In this document: positions 38,254 through 49,076 of the stretch, in pieces | Layout of the letters: each line of letters opens with the position of its first letter | How positions within the stretch are numbered: position 1 is the first letter of the stretch | DNA from: an uncultured Pedobacter sp. | GTDB lineage: Bacteria; Bacteroidota; Bacteroidia; Sphingobacteriales; Sphingobacteriaceae | Assembly (NCBI GenBank): GCA_938008555.1 | Contig: CALLKE010000093.1 | Coordinates: 4,138-68,137, forward strand | Reading direction: 5' to 3' | Length of the DNA: 64,000 bases | The notes under the pieces: model-generated | Told to the model about the DNA's origin: nothing | The model's input: the letters and a program-made list of their open reading frames with translations, nothing else | Database searches by the model: none | Program-made: the position numbers and the translations under genes

Positions 38254-41200
38254 ATGATTGCTAATACCTTTATAAAAAGACCTGTAACTGCTATCGTTAT
38301 ATCTATTGTATTAGTAATTACTGGCACGGTGTGTATTTTACTTTTGCCTATTGACCAATATCCCAATATCACACCACCCATTGTACAAGTGAATGGTCAG
38401 TTTACAGGAGCTGATGCTCAAACTGTTGAACAAACGGTTGCTACCCCCATTGAAGAACAAGTAAACGGCACACCGGGCATGGAATACATGCAGAGCAATA
38501 GCACCAATAATGGGCTCATGTCAATGAATGTGACCTTTAAGTTGGGGACCGATATTGATATTGCTACACTGGATGTTCAAAACCGAGTGAGTATTGCCAC
38601 ACCATTATTACCTGCATCCGTAAGTCGTTTGGGGCTAACAGTACGTGCACTTAATCCCAGTATGTTGATGATGGTGGCTATATATGCGCCAAAGGGTACA
38701 CACAACATCACTTTTCTGGATAACTATACCAACATTTTTATACAAGATGCACTACTCAGGGTGCCTGGGGTGGGGAGTATCAGTCGCTTTACAGATGATT
38801 TCAGTATGCGAATCTGGATGAATCCAGATAAAATGGCCGCGTATAGCTTGACACCTCAAGATGTTATCAATGCGCTAAATGCTCAAAACGTACAAGTTGC
38901 AGCTGGCACAGCAGGTGTCCCTCCTCAGCGAGCAAACCAAGTTTATGAGCTAGGTATCCTTGTTAACGGGCGATTGAGCAGGGTTTCTGAATTTGAAAAC
39001 ATCATTCTAAAAACACTCCCCAACACAGGTGAGTTGGTTTACCTCAAAGATGTAGCAAGAGTTGAACTGGGAAAATTTACCTTTTCAAGCAATTCTTTCG
39101 TTGATGGTCATCGGGCCTCTTACCTCCAAATTTATCAAGCACCCGGCAGCAATGCTTTGGAAACGGCCAATGGTGTTTATAAGACATTAGCCCAGCTCAG
39201 AAAATCTTTCCCTTCAGACATCGAGTATCAAGTTCCCTTTGAATCGGTTACTGTCGTCAAAGTATCCATGCAAGATGTGGTAGTCACCTTATTAAAAACA
39301 CTGGCTTTGGTAGCGATCGTGGTGTTCTTGTTTTTACAAAATTGGCGTTCGACACTCATTCCTGTACTCGCCATACCTGTATCCATTTTTGGTACATTTT
39401 GCTTCTTTATTCCTCTCGGATTTACGATTAACACATTAACCATGTTTGGTTTCGTATTGGCCATCGGTATTGTGGTTGATGATGCCATTATCGTGGTCGA
39501 AGCTGTGCAGCATTACATCGACAATAAAAAGATGTCGGCCAAAGAAGCTACCTATCAAGCGATGAAGGATATTTCGGCACCTGTGGTCGCTATTGCCCTT
39601 ATCTTGGCTGCAGTATTTGTTCCTGTAGGTTTTATTCCAGGTATAGTAGGCCGCCTGTACCAACAATTTGCCATCACCATTGCGATATCCGTTATTATTT
39701 CAGCATTCATTGCATTATCGTTAACACCTGCACTTTGCACCTTATTATTAAAGCCAACCGACCTAAACAAAAAAGCGACAGGGGTCAACAAATGGTTCTT
39801 CATGTTTAATAACTGGTTCGATCGCGTAACAGACAAGTATACCGATGGGGTTAGAAAAAGTATTAAAGCGTCGAAATATGTGGTTATTCTATTGGTATGT
39901 ATTTGTGCAGGTACTTTCTTTTTATTCCAACATAAAGAATCTGGTTTCATTCCTTCAGAAGATGATGGTAATTTATACGTCACTTTTCAATTACCTCCAG
40001 CATCGGCTACTACTCAATCAGTTGAGGTTATGTCCAAATTGATGCGTGTGGTAGCATCAACTCCGGGTGTAGCACACTATGCTGCCTTGTCGGGACTCAA
40101 TGTGGTAACCAATGCCAGTAATTCAAATAATGGCACTGTATTCTGCCAGCTAAAACCATGGGACGAGCGCAGCAAATTAAGTGAGCAAGTACCTGGAATT
40201 ATTCATGTCATGCAGAAACGGATTGCTGATGCAGGCATCAAAAATGCAAATGTGCAAGTGATACAACCATCGCCTATACCGGGCGTAGGTGCAACTGTTG
40301 GCTTCAGCATGCAGATAGAGCAACGCAGCACAAACGATAATTTGCAGGACTTTGAAAAAGTAGTCAACAGGTTTACTGCCGAAGCAAATAAAAATCCGGC
40401 GATTAGCAAAGCATTCAGCTATTACTCGGCACATACACCCAATTACAATCTGACTGTCGATCGAGAAAAATGTGCAAAACTGGGTGTCAATATTGGAGAT
40501 GTTTTCACAACCATACAAGCTTATATGGGTAGTTTATATATCAATGATTTCACTACTTATAACCGCACCTTCCATGTGGTCATACAAGCTGATACTGCGT
40601 ACCGAAAACTAATTTCGGACATGAACAAGTATTATGTGCGCAACCAAGCTGGAGAAATGTTGCCACTCGGGACACTTGTCAGTTATCAACCAACCCAGGC
40701 TTCCCCATTAATATCACATTTTAACATCTTCCGCTCTGCAGAGATCAATGGCTCACCTGCTGAGGGATATAGTAGCGGAGATGCCATTGAAGCCCTACAA
40801 GATGTTGCAGCAAAAGTTTTACCAGAAGGATATACCTATGAATTTTCGGGATTGAGTTATGAGGAAATGAAGGCAGGCTCCACTACGATTTACCTCTTCC
40901 TCTTTTCCATTACGTTTGTCTTTCTTTTTCTTGCGGCGCTGTATGAGAGCTGGTCGGTACCATTTTCGGTATTACTCGCAGTGCCAATTGGTGCTTTTGG
41001 AGCGATTATTACATTGGTGTTTATGCCTAGTTTAACCAACAATGTGTACGCGCAAATAGGTTTAATTACATTAATTGGTCTGGCTGCTAAAAATGCCATT
41101 CTGATCGTAGAATTTGCCAAAGTGCGGGTGGATCGTGGAGAGGATCTTATAAAATCGACGCTAGAGGCTGTTAGTTTACGTTTAAGGCCTATTATCATGA

Positions 41201-41526
41201 CATCTTTAGCTTTCATTTTAGGCGTATTACCACTTGTGCTGGCAACTGGAGCGGGTGCCGTAGCACGAAAAACCATCGGATTTACTGTGTTGGGCGGAAT
41301 GTTGGCTGCATCATCGTTGGCCATTTTTATTGTGCCAGTCCTTTTCGTGCTCATTACCAAAATGGCTTATGGCAAAGAAAAATTAGCCTATTTACAGGCA
41401 AATCATCATTTTTTAATGGAAAAAGCTGAAAAAGTAGAAGCCCAAAACATTGACCCTGAACTCGAATACGAAATACATAAATCTCGTGAGAGTCATCCTC
41501 ATACTTCTAAAAAGGAAGGCTCTTGA
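38254..41526 (+). CDS. efflux RND permease subunit, copy 1 (HAE1 type)
   Basis: 1090 aa, 12-TM architecture. N-terminus MIANTFIKRPVTA and the TM4 Asp pair in AIGIVVDDAIIVVE. Confidence 0.9.
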   Translation: MIANTFIKRPVTAIVISIVLVITGTVCILLLPIDQYPNITPPIVQVNGQFTGADAQTVEQTVATPIEEQVNGTPGMEYMQSNSTNNGLMSMNVTFKLGTDIDIATLDVQNRVSIATPLLPASVSRLGLTVRALNPSMLMMVAIYAPKGTHNITFLDNYTNIFIQDALLRVPGVGSISRFTDDFSMRIWMNPDKMAAYSLTPQDVINALNAQNVQVAAGTAGVPPQRANQVYELGILVNGRLSRVSEFENIILKTLPNTGELVYLKDVARVELGKFTFSSNSFVDGHRASYLQIYQAPGSNALETANGVYKTLAQLRKSFPSDIEYQVPFESVTVVKVSMQDVVVTLLKTLALVAIVVFLFLQNWRSTLIPVLAIPVSIFGTFCFFIPLGFTINTLTMFGFVLAIGIVVDDAIIVVEAVQHYIDNKKMSAKEATYQAMKDISAPVVAIALILAAVFVPVGFIPGIVGRLYQQFAITIAISVIISAFIALSLTPALCTLLLKPTDLNKKATGVNKWFFMFNNWFDRVTDKYTDGVRKSIKASKYVVILLVCICAGTFFLFQHKESGFIPSEDDGNLYVTFQLPPASATTQSVEVMSKLMRVVASTPGVAHYAALSGLNVVTNASNSNNGTVFCQLKPWDERSKLSEQVPGIIHVMQKRIADAGIKNANVQVIQPSPIPGVGATVGFSMQIEQRSTNDNLQDFEKVVNRFTAEANKNPAISKAFSYYSAHTPNYNLTVDREKCAKLGVNIGDVFTTIQAYMGSLYINDFTTYNRTFHVVIQADTAYRKLISDMNKYYVRNQAGEMLPLGTLVSYQPTQASPLISHFNIFRSAEINGSPAEGYSSGDAIEALQDVAAKVLPEGYTYEFSGLSYEEMKAGSTTIYLFLFSITFVFLFLAALYESWSVPFSVLLAVPIGAFGAIITLVFMPSLTNNVYAQIGLITLIGLAAKNAILIVEFAKVRVDRGEDLIKSTLEAVSLRLRPIIMTSLAFILGVLPLVLATGAGAVARKTIGFTVLGGMLAASSLAIFIVPVLFVLITKMAYGKEKLAYLQANHHFLMEKAEKVEAQNIDPELEYEIHKSRESHPHTSKKEGS

Positions 41527-41661
41527 TGCACATGATTTATACGAGAAGCCGAAGACGCCTTTAATGCAAAAGATTTATACGGAAAGGCTGAAAGCTTCTT
41601 TTGTGTTCGCTAGTTTGTATTCTACGAACAAGATGGATTTCGAGAAAATAGAATAGCTTTT

Positions 41662-41748
41662 GCGTGAGGGATAGAAGTGGAAAGCCCGCAGTGCAGCACA
41701 GCGAAACGAGAACTTGTAGCGGATAGCCCGGCCCGAAGGGGCACGCCC
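41662..41748. other. isolated GC-rich ~87-nt element in the RND-RND spacer
   Basis: GCGTGAGGGATAGAAGTGGAAAGCCCGCAGTGCAGCACAGCGAAACGAGAACTTGTAGCGGATAGCCCGGCCCGAAGGGGCACGCCC. Its ends are complementary (GCGTG...CACGC) and it contains an internal GCCC-GAA-GGG(G)C hairpin. Imperfect direct repeats flank it (GATTTCGAGAAAATAGAATA at 41636-41655 and GATTTTGAAAAAATTGAGAATA at 41756-41777). Confidence 0.4.
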
Positions 41749-41801
41749 TAAAATAGATTTTGAAAAAATTGAGAATACATATTTATTAATAAGGATTAAG
41801 G

Positions 41802-44800
41802 ATGATTGCCAATACATTTATTAAAAGACCCGTAACTGCAATCGTGATATCGGTGGTATTGATGATTTCGGGGCTTGTTTCTCTTTTTAATCTTCCTGTT
41901 GACCAATATCCTAACATAACCCCACCCAGCGTTTCAGTCTCAGGGCAATATACGGGTGCCGATGCCCAAACTGTAGAGCAAACAGTGGCTACTCCTATTG
42001 AAGAGCAAGTAAACGGTACTCCAGGAATGGAATACATGCAAAGCACCAGTACCAATAGCGGTACGATGGGTGTAAATGTGACCTTTAATATTGGCACCAA
42101 TGTGCATATTGCTGCCCTGAATGTTCAAAATCGAGTTGGCATAGCCACTCCTTTACTGCCATCTGCAGTAAGCAGACTCGGATTGACTGTACGTGCCCGA
42201 AATCCAAGTATGCTGATGATGGTGGCCATCTATTCACCTAACAATTCACATAACATCACCTTTCTTGATAACTACACCAATACATTTATTGAAGATGCGC
42301 TGCTACGTGTACCTGGTGTAGGTGACATCAATTCACGTACCGACAATTTTAGTATGCGTGTATGGATGAATCCCAACAAGCTGGCTTCCTATAGCCTAAC
42401 GCCGCAGGATATTATCAGTGCTTTAAATGCCCAAAACATGCAAGTAGCAGCAGGTGCTGCCGGCGCTCCCCCACAACAAACCTCGCAAACACATGAATTT
42501 GGAATTCTTGTCAATGGCCAGCTCAGCAAAGCTTCTGACTACGAAAAAATTATTGTGAAGACAATCCCCACAACGGGTGCGCTCGTTTACCTGAAAGATG
42601 TAGCCAGGGTAGAACTAGGTAAATTTTCTTTTTCGAGCAACTCGTTTGTGGATGGTAAAAGAGCTTCTTTTTTGATGGTATATCAAACCCCTGGAAGTAA
42701 CGCTCTACAAACTGCAAACAATGTGTATGCAGAAATGGAAAAATTAAAAAAGGCTTTTCCGGCAGATGTTGATTACAAAGTACCCTTTGAATCAGTGACG
42801 GTAATCAAAGTTTCGATGCAGGAGGTGATTGGCACTTTATTGAAAGCACTTGCTTTGGTAGCAATCGTCGTATTTCTATTCTTACAAAATTGGCGGTCGT
42901 CGTTAATCCCGATATTGGCTATTCCCGTATCTATTTTAGCCACTTTTTGCTTTTTTATCCCGCTAGGATTCACGATCAATACCTTAACCATGTTTGGTTT
43001 TGTATTGGCTATTGGTATTGTGGTAGATGATGCAATCATCGTGGTGGAAGCTGTACAGCATTATATTGACAAACAAAAAATGTCAGCAAAGGAGGCTACC
43101 TACCAAGCCATGAAAGATATTTCGGCTCCTGTGGTTGCCATAGCGCTCATATTGGCAGCCGTATTTGTTCCGGTAGGCTTCATACCAGGTATTGTAGGTC
43201 GTTTATACCAACAGTTTGCCATCACCATTGCCATCTCCGTGATACTTTCAGCATTTATTGCATTGTCATTAACACCAGCACTTTGCACGCTATTGCTAAA
43301 ACCCTCTAATCCCAACAAGAAGCAAAATATTCTAGACAGATTCTTCTCTTCTTTCAATAATTGGTTTGAAAAGATCACGCACAGTTATTCAAATGGCGTA
43401 CAGAAAAGCATTAAAGGCTCCAAGTATATTGTGATTCTATTGGTATGTATTTGTGCAGGTGCTTATTTCTTATTTAAAGCCAAACCATCTGGTTTTATCC
43501 CTTTTGAAGATGATGGCCGTTTATATATTACATACCAATTACCTGAGGCTTCGTCTACGGTACAGTCTGTTAATCTGATCAAGAAGCTGATGGACATCAT
43601 AGGCTCCACACCTGGAGTTGGTCATTATGCTGCCCTATCGGGATTGAACATCTTGAGTTCAGGAATGAATTCCAATAGCGGGACCATATTCTGCATGCTC
43701 AAACCTTGGGACGAACGTACCAAACCCAGTACAAAATTGCCAGGCATTATGAATGTGATCAAGAAACGCATTGCCGATGCTGGCATAAAAAATGCAAATG
43801 TGGTAGTCATCCCACCACCCCCTATTCGAGGAATAGGACAAGCGGCTGGTTTTAGTATGCAAATTCAACAAAGTAATACCAACGATGACCTGCAGACTTT
43901 CGAAACTGTAGTCAAGAATTTTGTTGCCGAAGCACATAAAATCCCCGCTATATCAACCGCATTCAGCTATTATTCAGCTCATACACCCAGTTATGATGTA
44001 ACAGTAGATCGAGAAAAATGCGAAAAAATGGGTGTTAATGTTGCGGATGTTTTTACGACGATGCAAGCCTATATGGGTAGCTTGTTTGTCAATAATTTCA
44101 CACTGTATAATCGAACATACCATGTGGTAGTTCAGGCTGACACCACATTCCGAGCGCTGATATCGGATATGAATAAATACTATGTACGTAACCAAAACGG
44201 CAGCATGCTACCACTGAGCACACTGATCACTTATAAAACATCAGAAGCTGCTCCACTGATTACCCATTTTAATATTTTTCGCTCTGCAGAAGTGGACGGC
44301 TCAACACCACCGGGGTATAGTACTGGCCAGGGAATTGAAGCATTAAAAAAATTAGCCGAAACAAAATTACCGCGGGGTTATACCTATGAATTTTCTGGCT
44401 TGAGCTATGAAGAGATTAAGGCAGGCTCTATTACTGTTTATATCTTCCTTTTTTCAATCACTTTCGTGTTTCTTTTTCTGGCAGCTTTGTACGAAAGTTG
44501 GTCAGTGCCTTTTTCAGTGATGCTTGCTGTACCGATCAGTGCTTTTGGAGCTATCTTTACCCTCACGCTGATACCGCCATTAACGAACAATGTATATGCA
44601 CAAATAGGGCTCATCACATTGATAGGCTTATCTGCCAAGAATGCGATCCTGATTGTAGAATTTGCCAAGGTAAGAGTGGATCATGGCGAAGAACTTATAA
44701 AATCAACCTTAGAAGCCGTTCGCTTGCGTTTGAGACCTATTATCATGACATCTATGGCATTTATTCTGGGCGTCATGCCCCTTGTTTTAGCCACTGGAGC

Positions 44801-45053
44801 AGGCGCCGTGGCTCGTAAAACAATCGGCTTTACCGTTTTGGGTGGTATGGTAGCTGCCTCTACGCTCGCTATTTTTATTGTACCAGTACTCTTTGTGGTC
44901 ATTACGAAGCTATCGTATGGTAAAGCAAAATTAGCGTATCTACAAGCGCATCATGAAGAGCTCATGGAAAAAGCCAGAAAAGTAGAAAAGCAAAATATTG
45001 ATCCCGAATTGGAGTATGAAATAGCGGAGGCAAAAGCTGCACATAAAAAATAA
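41802..45053 (+). CDS. efflux RND permease subunit, copy 2 (HAE1 type)
   Basis: 1083 aa, collinear with copy 1. The TM core is near-identical, and the periplasmic segments and C-terminal tail have diverged. Confidence 0.9.
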   Translation: MIANTFIKRPVTAIVISVVLMISGLVSLFNLPVDQYPNITPPSVSVSGQYTGADAQTVEQTVATPIEEQVNGTPGMEYMQSTSTNSGTMGVNVTFNIGTNVHIAALNVQNRVGIATPLLPSAVSRLGLTVRARNPSMLMMVAIYSPNNSHNITFLDNYTNTFIEDALLRVPGVGDINSRTDNFSMRVWMNPNKLASYSLTPQDIISALNAQNMQVAAGAAGAPPQQTSQTHEFGILVNGQLSKASDYEKIIVKTIPTTGALVYLKDVARVELGKFSFSSNSFVDGKRASFLMVYQTPGSNALQTANNVYAEMEKLKKAFPADVDYKVPFESVTVIKVSMQEVIGTLLKALALVAIVVFLFLQNWRSSLIPILAIPVSILATFCFFIPLGFTINTLTMFGFVLAIGIVVDDAIIVVEAVQHYIDKQKMSAKEATYQAMKDISAPVVAIALILAAVFVPVGFIPGIVGRLYQQFAITIAISVILSAFIALSLTPALCTLLLKPSNPNKKQNILDRFFSSFNNWFEKITHSYSNGVQKSIKGSKYIVILLVCICAGAYFLFKAKPSGFIPFEDDGRLYITYQLPEASSTVQSVNLIKKLMDIIGSTPGVGHYAALSGLNILSSGMNSNSGTIFCMLKPWDERTKPSTKLPGIMNVIKKRIADAGIKNANVVVIPPPPIRGIGQAAGFSMQIQQSNTNDDLQTFETVVKNFVAEAHKIPAISTAFSYYSAHTPSYDVTVDREKCEKMGVNVADVFTTMQAYMGSLFVNNFTLYNRTYHVVVQADTTFRALISDMNKYYVRNQNGSMLPLSTLITYKTSEAAPLITHFNIFRSAEVDGSTPPGYSTGQGIEALKKLAETKLPRGYTYEFSGLSYEEIKAGSITVYIFLFSITFVFLFLAALYESWSVPFSVMLAVPISAFGAIFTLTLIPPLTNNVYAQIGLITLIGLSAKNAILIVEFAKVRVDHGEELIKSTLEAVRLRLRPIIMTSMAFILGVMPLVLATGAGAVARKTIGFTVLGGMVAASTLAIFIVPVLFVVITKLSYGKAKLAYLQAHHEELMEKARKVEKQNIDPELEYEIAEAKAAHKK

Positions 45054-45234
45054 CCTATCAACTCAAACATTTTCTGCATAGCAAAAAGTATTTGAGTTGA
45101 AAACCAGGTTTTCACTATTATGCTTGCCTACATAGCCTATGCTAATGGGCTATCACAAATTCTATTCACCACACCAAGCAACATTAATTTTGCACCAAGC
45201 TTACTTTGATACAATAAGTTCAAACTGACATATA

Positions 45235-48200
45235 TTACGCTCCCTCCTCTTGAACCAGTTCCAACACCAGATCATCCGTATTCACCAGTGTTCCTGACGA
45301 AAGCACAATTTGCTTTATTACCCCATCTGCTGAAGCTGCAATATTTGTTTCCATTTTCATTGCTTCCACCATAAATAAAGGCTGGTTTTTCTTCACCTTT
45401 TCATTGGGTTTAACAAATACTTTAGATAACATTCCTTGCAATGGCGAACCAATATGAATAGGATTTGCCTTGTCAATTTTATGATTTTCGAATCGTGTTA
45501 CTTGAATCATTTTATCCTGTACTTCGATATTACGTGTTTGCCCATTCAGTTTAAAAAACACAGTTCGCATCCCTTTATCATCAGCTGGACCAATTGACAA
45601 CAGACGAATGAGCAAGGTTTTTCCACGAGATATCTCAATTGTCGTTTCTGCACCAGGCTTCATTCCAAAGAAAAAGTAGTTGGTTGGAATCACGTCCAGA
45701 TCGCCATACTGACGGAACATCCGGATGTAATCTTCTGTTACCTTCGGATAAAACTTATACGATAAATAGGTTGTGTATGGCAGATCCTTTCCAAACTGTT
45801 TTTTGAATGCGGCGAAGTCTTCATCCAAATCAAGTGTGGGTAGATACTTGTTGGGCCGACCTGTTTGTGGAGCTTTGTCCTTTAAAATAATACGCTGCAA
45901 TTCCTCCGGAAATCCACCTTCGGGTTGGCCCAGCTCTCCCATAAAAAGTGAAACCACCGAGTCAGGAAAAGAGATTTGATCACCACGAGTAAAAATATCT
46001 TCTTTGCTGATCTGGTTGGCTACCATGTATTGTGCCATATCACCCACGACTTTGGAGCTAGGAGTCACTTTAACGATATCGCCGAATAAATCATTTACTT
46101 CCACGTAACGATCCTTGATTTCTTCAAACTGATTGCCCAAGCCCAAGGCAATCGCTTGAGATTTCAGATTAGAATACTGTCCACCTGGAATCTCGTGTTG
46201 GAAAACTTCTGCAGAGCTCGCCCTCATACCCGACTCGAAAGGATAATAATATTCACGAACAACTTCCCAATAGGTACTAAATTGATTTAATGATTTTGCA
46301 TCATATGGATTTTCCCGTTTATGGAAACGCATCATCTCCACCATCGCATTAAAACTGGGCTGCGAGGTCAATCCAGATAAAGAGCCGAGCGCACAATCGA
46401 CCACATCCACACCTGCCTCAATAGCCATCATATACGTGGCTGGCTGCAAGGATGAAGTGTCATGTGTGTGCAAGTGAATGGGAATTTTGACGGTATCTTT
46501 TAATGCTTCGATCAAAATTTTCGCAGCATAAGGCTTAAGCAAGCCCGACATATCTTTGACACCCAAAATATGTGATCCTGCATTTTCTAAGTCCTTCGCT
46601 AAACGCAAGTAATAGTTCAGATCATATTTCGTGCGTTTTGGATCGAGAATATCACCCGTATAGCAGAAAGAACCCTCCGCAATACCACCTGTCGTTTTAC
46701 GCACCATCTCGATACAAGGTGCTATGTTCTCCATCCAGTTGAGTGAATCAAAGATGCGAAAGACATCGACGCCCTTTTCCCAACTTGTTTGCACAAAAGA
46801 TTCGATTAGATTGTCCGGATAAGCCGAATATCCAACACCATTACATCCTCTGATCAACATTTGTATCAGAATATTGGGGATGGCTGCTCGTAGTTTTTCC
46901 AAACGTACCCACGGATCCTCGTGTAAAAATCGAAGGCATACGTCAAACGTAGCTCCACCCCAAGCCTCCATACTAAACGTTTGTGGATGACATTTGGCAA
47001 ATGCTTCTGCCACCTTTAACATATCGTACGTACGCATACGAGTAGCTAACAAGGATTGATGTCCGTCACGCAGCGTGGTATCGGTATAATATATTTTGTA
47101 TTCATTTTTCAACCACTGGCAAAATGCATCGGGCCCCAATTCTGTTAGCAGATCTTTGGTTCCCTTGGGATAGCTTGCATGATGATCAAAATCCGGAATA
47201 CACGGTTTCTGTAAACGCTTATCAGGATCTACTTTTTTAACATCGGCATTGCCATTTACAGAAACATCTCCCAAAAAAGACAGCATACGAGTGCCTCGAT
47301 CCAACCTTGTTTCAGTATGAAATAAGCCAGGATGCTCCTGTATAAAATTGACTGTTGCCTTTCCTTCAATAAAGGTGGGATGATTAACGATGTTTTCTAA
47401 AAACTGAATATTATTCTTTACGCCTCGTATCCGAAACTCACGCAAGGCTCGATTCATTTTTCGAGAAGCATCACTAAGTGTACCCCCCCAAGTACTAACT
47501 TTAACTAACATGGAATCAAAAAATGGACTGATACGCATGCCAGGATAAGTACTTCCTTCATCCAAACGAACCCCAAAACCAGCAGCATTTCGGTAGGTAA
47601 TCAACGTACCATAGTCGGGCTTGAAATCACTGGTCGGATCTTCTGTCGTGATTCGGCATTGCATGGCAAAACCATATTTCGTGATTTTGGATTGATCGCC
47701 CAAGCCTACTTCAACGGCACTCAAACTGTAACCATCAGCGATGTAGATCTGTGTTTTAATCAAATCAATACCGGTAATCATCTCTGTAACCGTGTGTTCT
47801 ACCTGAATACGCGGATTGACTTCGATAAAATAAATGTGCTCATCCGCGTCCAACAAGAATTCAACCGTACCAACATTATTGTAATTAACCGCTTTGGCAA
47901 TATTAACAGCGTACTCGTATAATTTATGGCGTGTTTCGTCCTTCAGATTGAGAGATGGAGCTACTTCAACTACTTTCTGGAATCTGCGCTGCACAGAACA
48001 ATCACGTTCAAATAAATGGACCACATGCTGGTAATTATCGGCCACAATTTGCACCTCAATATGCCGCGGACGCTCTATAAATTTTTCTAAAAAAACGGTA
48101 TCATCCCCAAAAGCATTCTTAGCCTCACTGCGCGCTTCGTTGAACGATTTTCCCAACTCATCTGCCGTACGAACCACACGCATTCCACGACCACCACCAC

Positions 48201-48690
48201 CAGAAGCCGCTTTTAGGATCATTGGGTATCCGATACGTTTTGCCTCCTGTAATGCATCCTCAAGCGTATCTAAAGAACCCTCATTGCTTTCTATAATTGG
48301 GATATGAGCTTTTTTTGCAGCGATCTTCGCAATCACCTTGTCGCCCAAAGCATTCATCACATCAGGTCGAGGACCAATAAAAATGATATCATTCTGAGCG
48401 CATCTTTTCGCAAATTCCTGGTTTTCGGACAAAAAGCCATAGCCTGGATGTATTGCATTAGCCCCACTATACTTAGCCATCTCAATAATGGCATCGATAT
48501 CTAAATATGGTTTGAGTGGATCATTTTCTTCCCCAATTTGATAAGCTTCGTCGGCTTTATAACGATGGAGTGAGTATCGATCCTCATACGTATAAATGGC
48601 TACTGTTTGAATATCTAACTCATTACAAGCACGGCTAATACGAATAGCAATCTCTCCTCTATTGGCAATCAGGATTTTTTTAATATTCAT
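45235..48690 (-). CDS. pyc: pyruvate carboxylase (single-chain)
   Basis: N-terminal biotin carboxylase/ATP-grasp domain (MNIKKILIANRGEIA), carboxyltransferase TIM barrel (DTTLRDGHQS) and C-terminal biotinyl domain with EAMKME. Confidence 0.9.
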   Translation of the reverse strand: MNIKKILIANRGEIAIRISRACNELDIQTVAIYTYEDRYSLHRYKADEAYQIGEENDPLKPYLDIDAIIEMAKYSGANAIHPGYGFLSENQEFAKRCAQNDIIFIGPRPDVMNALGDKVIAKIAAKKAHIPIIESNEGSLDTLEDALQEAKRIGYPMILKAASGGGGRGMRVVRTADELGKSFNEARSEAKNAFGDDTVFLEKFIERPRHIEVQIVADNYQHVVHLFERDCSVQRRFQKVVEVAPSLNLKDETRHKLYEYAVNIAKAVNYNNVGTVEFLLDADEHIYFIEVNPRIQVEHTVTEMITGIDLIKTQIYIADGYSLSAVEVGLGDQSKITKYGFAMQCRITTEDPTSDFKPDYGTLITYRNAAGFGVRLDEGSTYPGMRISPFFDSMLVKVSTWGGTLSDASRKMNRALREFRIRGVKNNIQFLENIVNHPTFIEGKATVNFIQEHPGLFHTETRLDRGTRMLSFLGDVSVNGNADVKKVDPDKRLQKPCIPDFDHHASYPKGTKDLLTELGPDAFCQWLKNEYKIYYTDTTLRDGHQSLLATRMRTYDMLKVAEAFAKCHPQTFSMEAWGGATFDVCLRFLHEDPWVRLEKLRAAIPNILIQMLIRGCNGVGYSAYPDNLIESFVQTSWEKGVDVFRIFDSLNWMENIAPCIEMVRKTTGGIAEGSFCYTGDILDPKRTKYDLNYYLRLAKDLENAGSHILGVKDMSGLLKPYAAKILIEALKDTVKIPIHLHTHDTSSLQPATYMMAIEAGVDVVDCALGSLSGLTSQPSFNAMVEMMRFHKRENPYDAKSLNQFSTYWEVVREYYYPFESGMRASSAEVFQHEIPGGQYSNLKSQAIALGLGNQFEEIKDRYVEVNDLFGDIVKVTPSSKVVGDMAQYMVANQISKEDIFTRGDQISFPDSVVSLFMGELGQPEGGFPEELQRIILKDKAPQTGRPNKYLPTLDLDEDFAAFKKQFGKDLPYTTYLSYKFYPKVTEDYIRMFRQYGDLDVIPTNYFFFGMKPGAETTIEISRGKTLLIRLLSIGPADDKGMRTVFFKLNGQTRNIEVQDKMIQVTRFENHKIDKANPIHIGSPLQGMLSKVFVKPNEKVKKNQPLFMVEAMKMETNIAASADGVIKQIVLSSGTLVNTDDLVLELVQEEGA

Positions 48691-49076
48691 CGGATGTAAA
48701 ATGAAAACAGGCGAAGCTATAAAAAAATTAAACTAAAAGCTGAATGGCATTTGCTGACAACGAGTACAAAGGAGCTAAAAAAGCATCGCCAGTATTAGTG
48801 CATCACTTATATTACCCGGAATCAAGTACCGCGTAACATGAGTCAATAAATATAGAAAACAATCCTATACTGACATTTTTGTATAAATAGTCTGACGTCT
48901 GGATAGGGGGTATAATTCAACATGACACTTTCATCTGTAAAAGTCATTCAATACCTTAGCGTACTTTAATTCCCCTTTCGTCAAATAACCCCTTTTATAG
49001 GCTTTAGAATATTTGGTTTGACGCTTGCTTCTGGATGGTAGTCTCAATTGTAATCAATAACTCTGCAAAGGTTGTA

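Noticed and set aside
41450-41817. ORFs 41450-41656 (plus strand) and 41575-41817 (minus strand) in the RND spacer
   Set aside because: The first mostly reads through the end of RND1 in another frame. The second is antisense and runs into the RND2 start. Neither has a plausible start context. The region is better described as a non-coding element (see findings).
39228-44902. Numerous minus-strand ORFs and a few plus-strand alternative-frame ORFs inside the two RND genes
   Set aside because: These are shadow ORFs typical of long membrane-protein genes. The same artefactual ORFs recur in both paralogs at equivalent positions, as expected from sequence homology rather than function.
45059-45099. 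Possible terminator CAACTCAAA...TTTGAGTTG between convergent RND2 and pyc
   Set aside because: The 23-nt loop makes a stable intrinsic terminator doubtful, so it is not listed as a feature.
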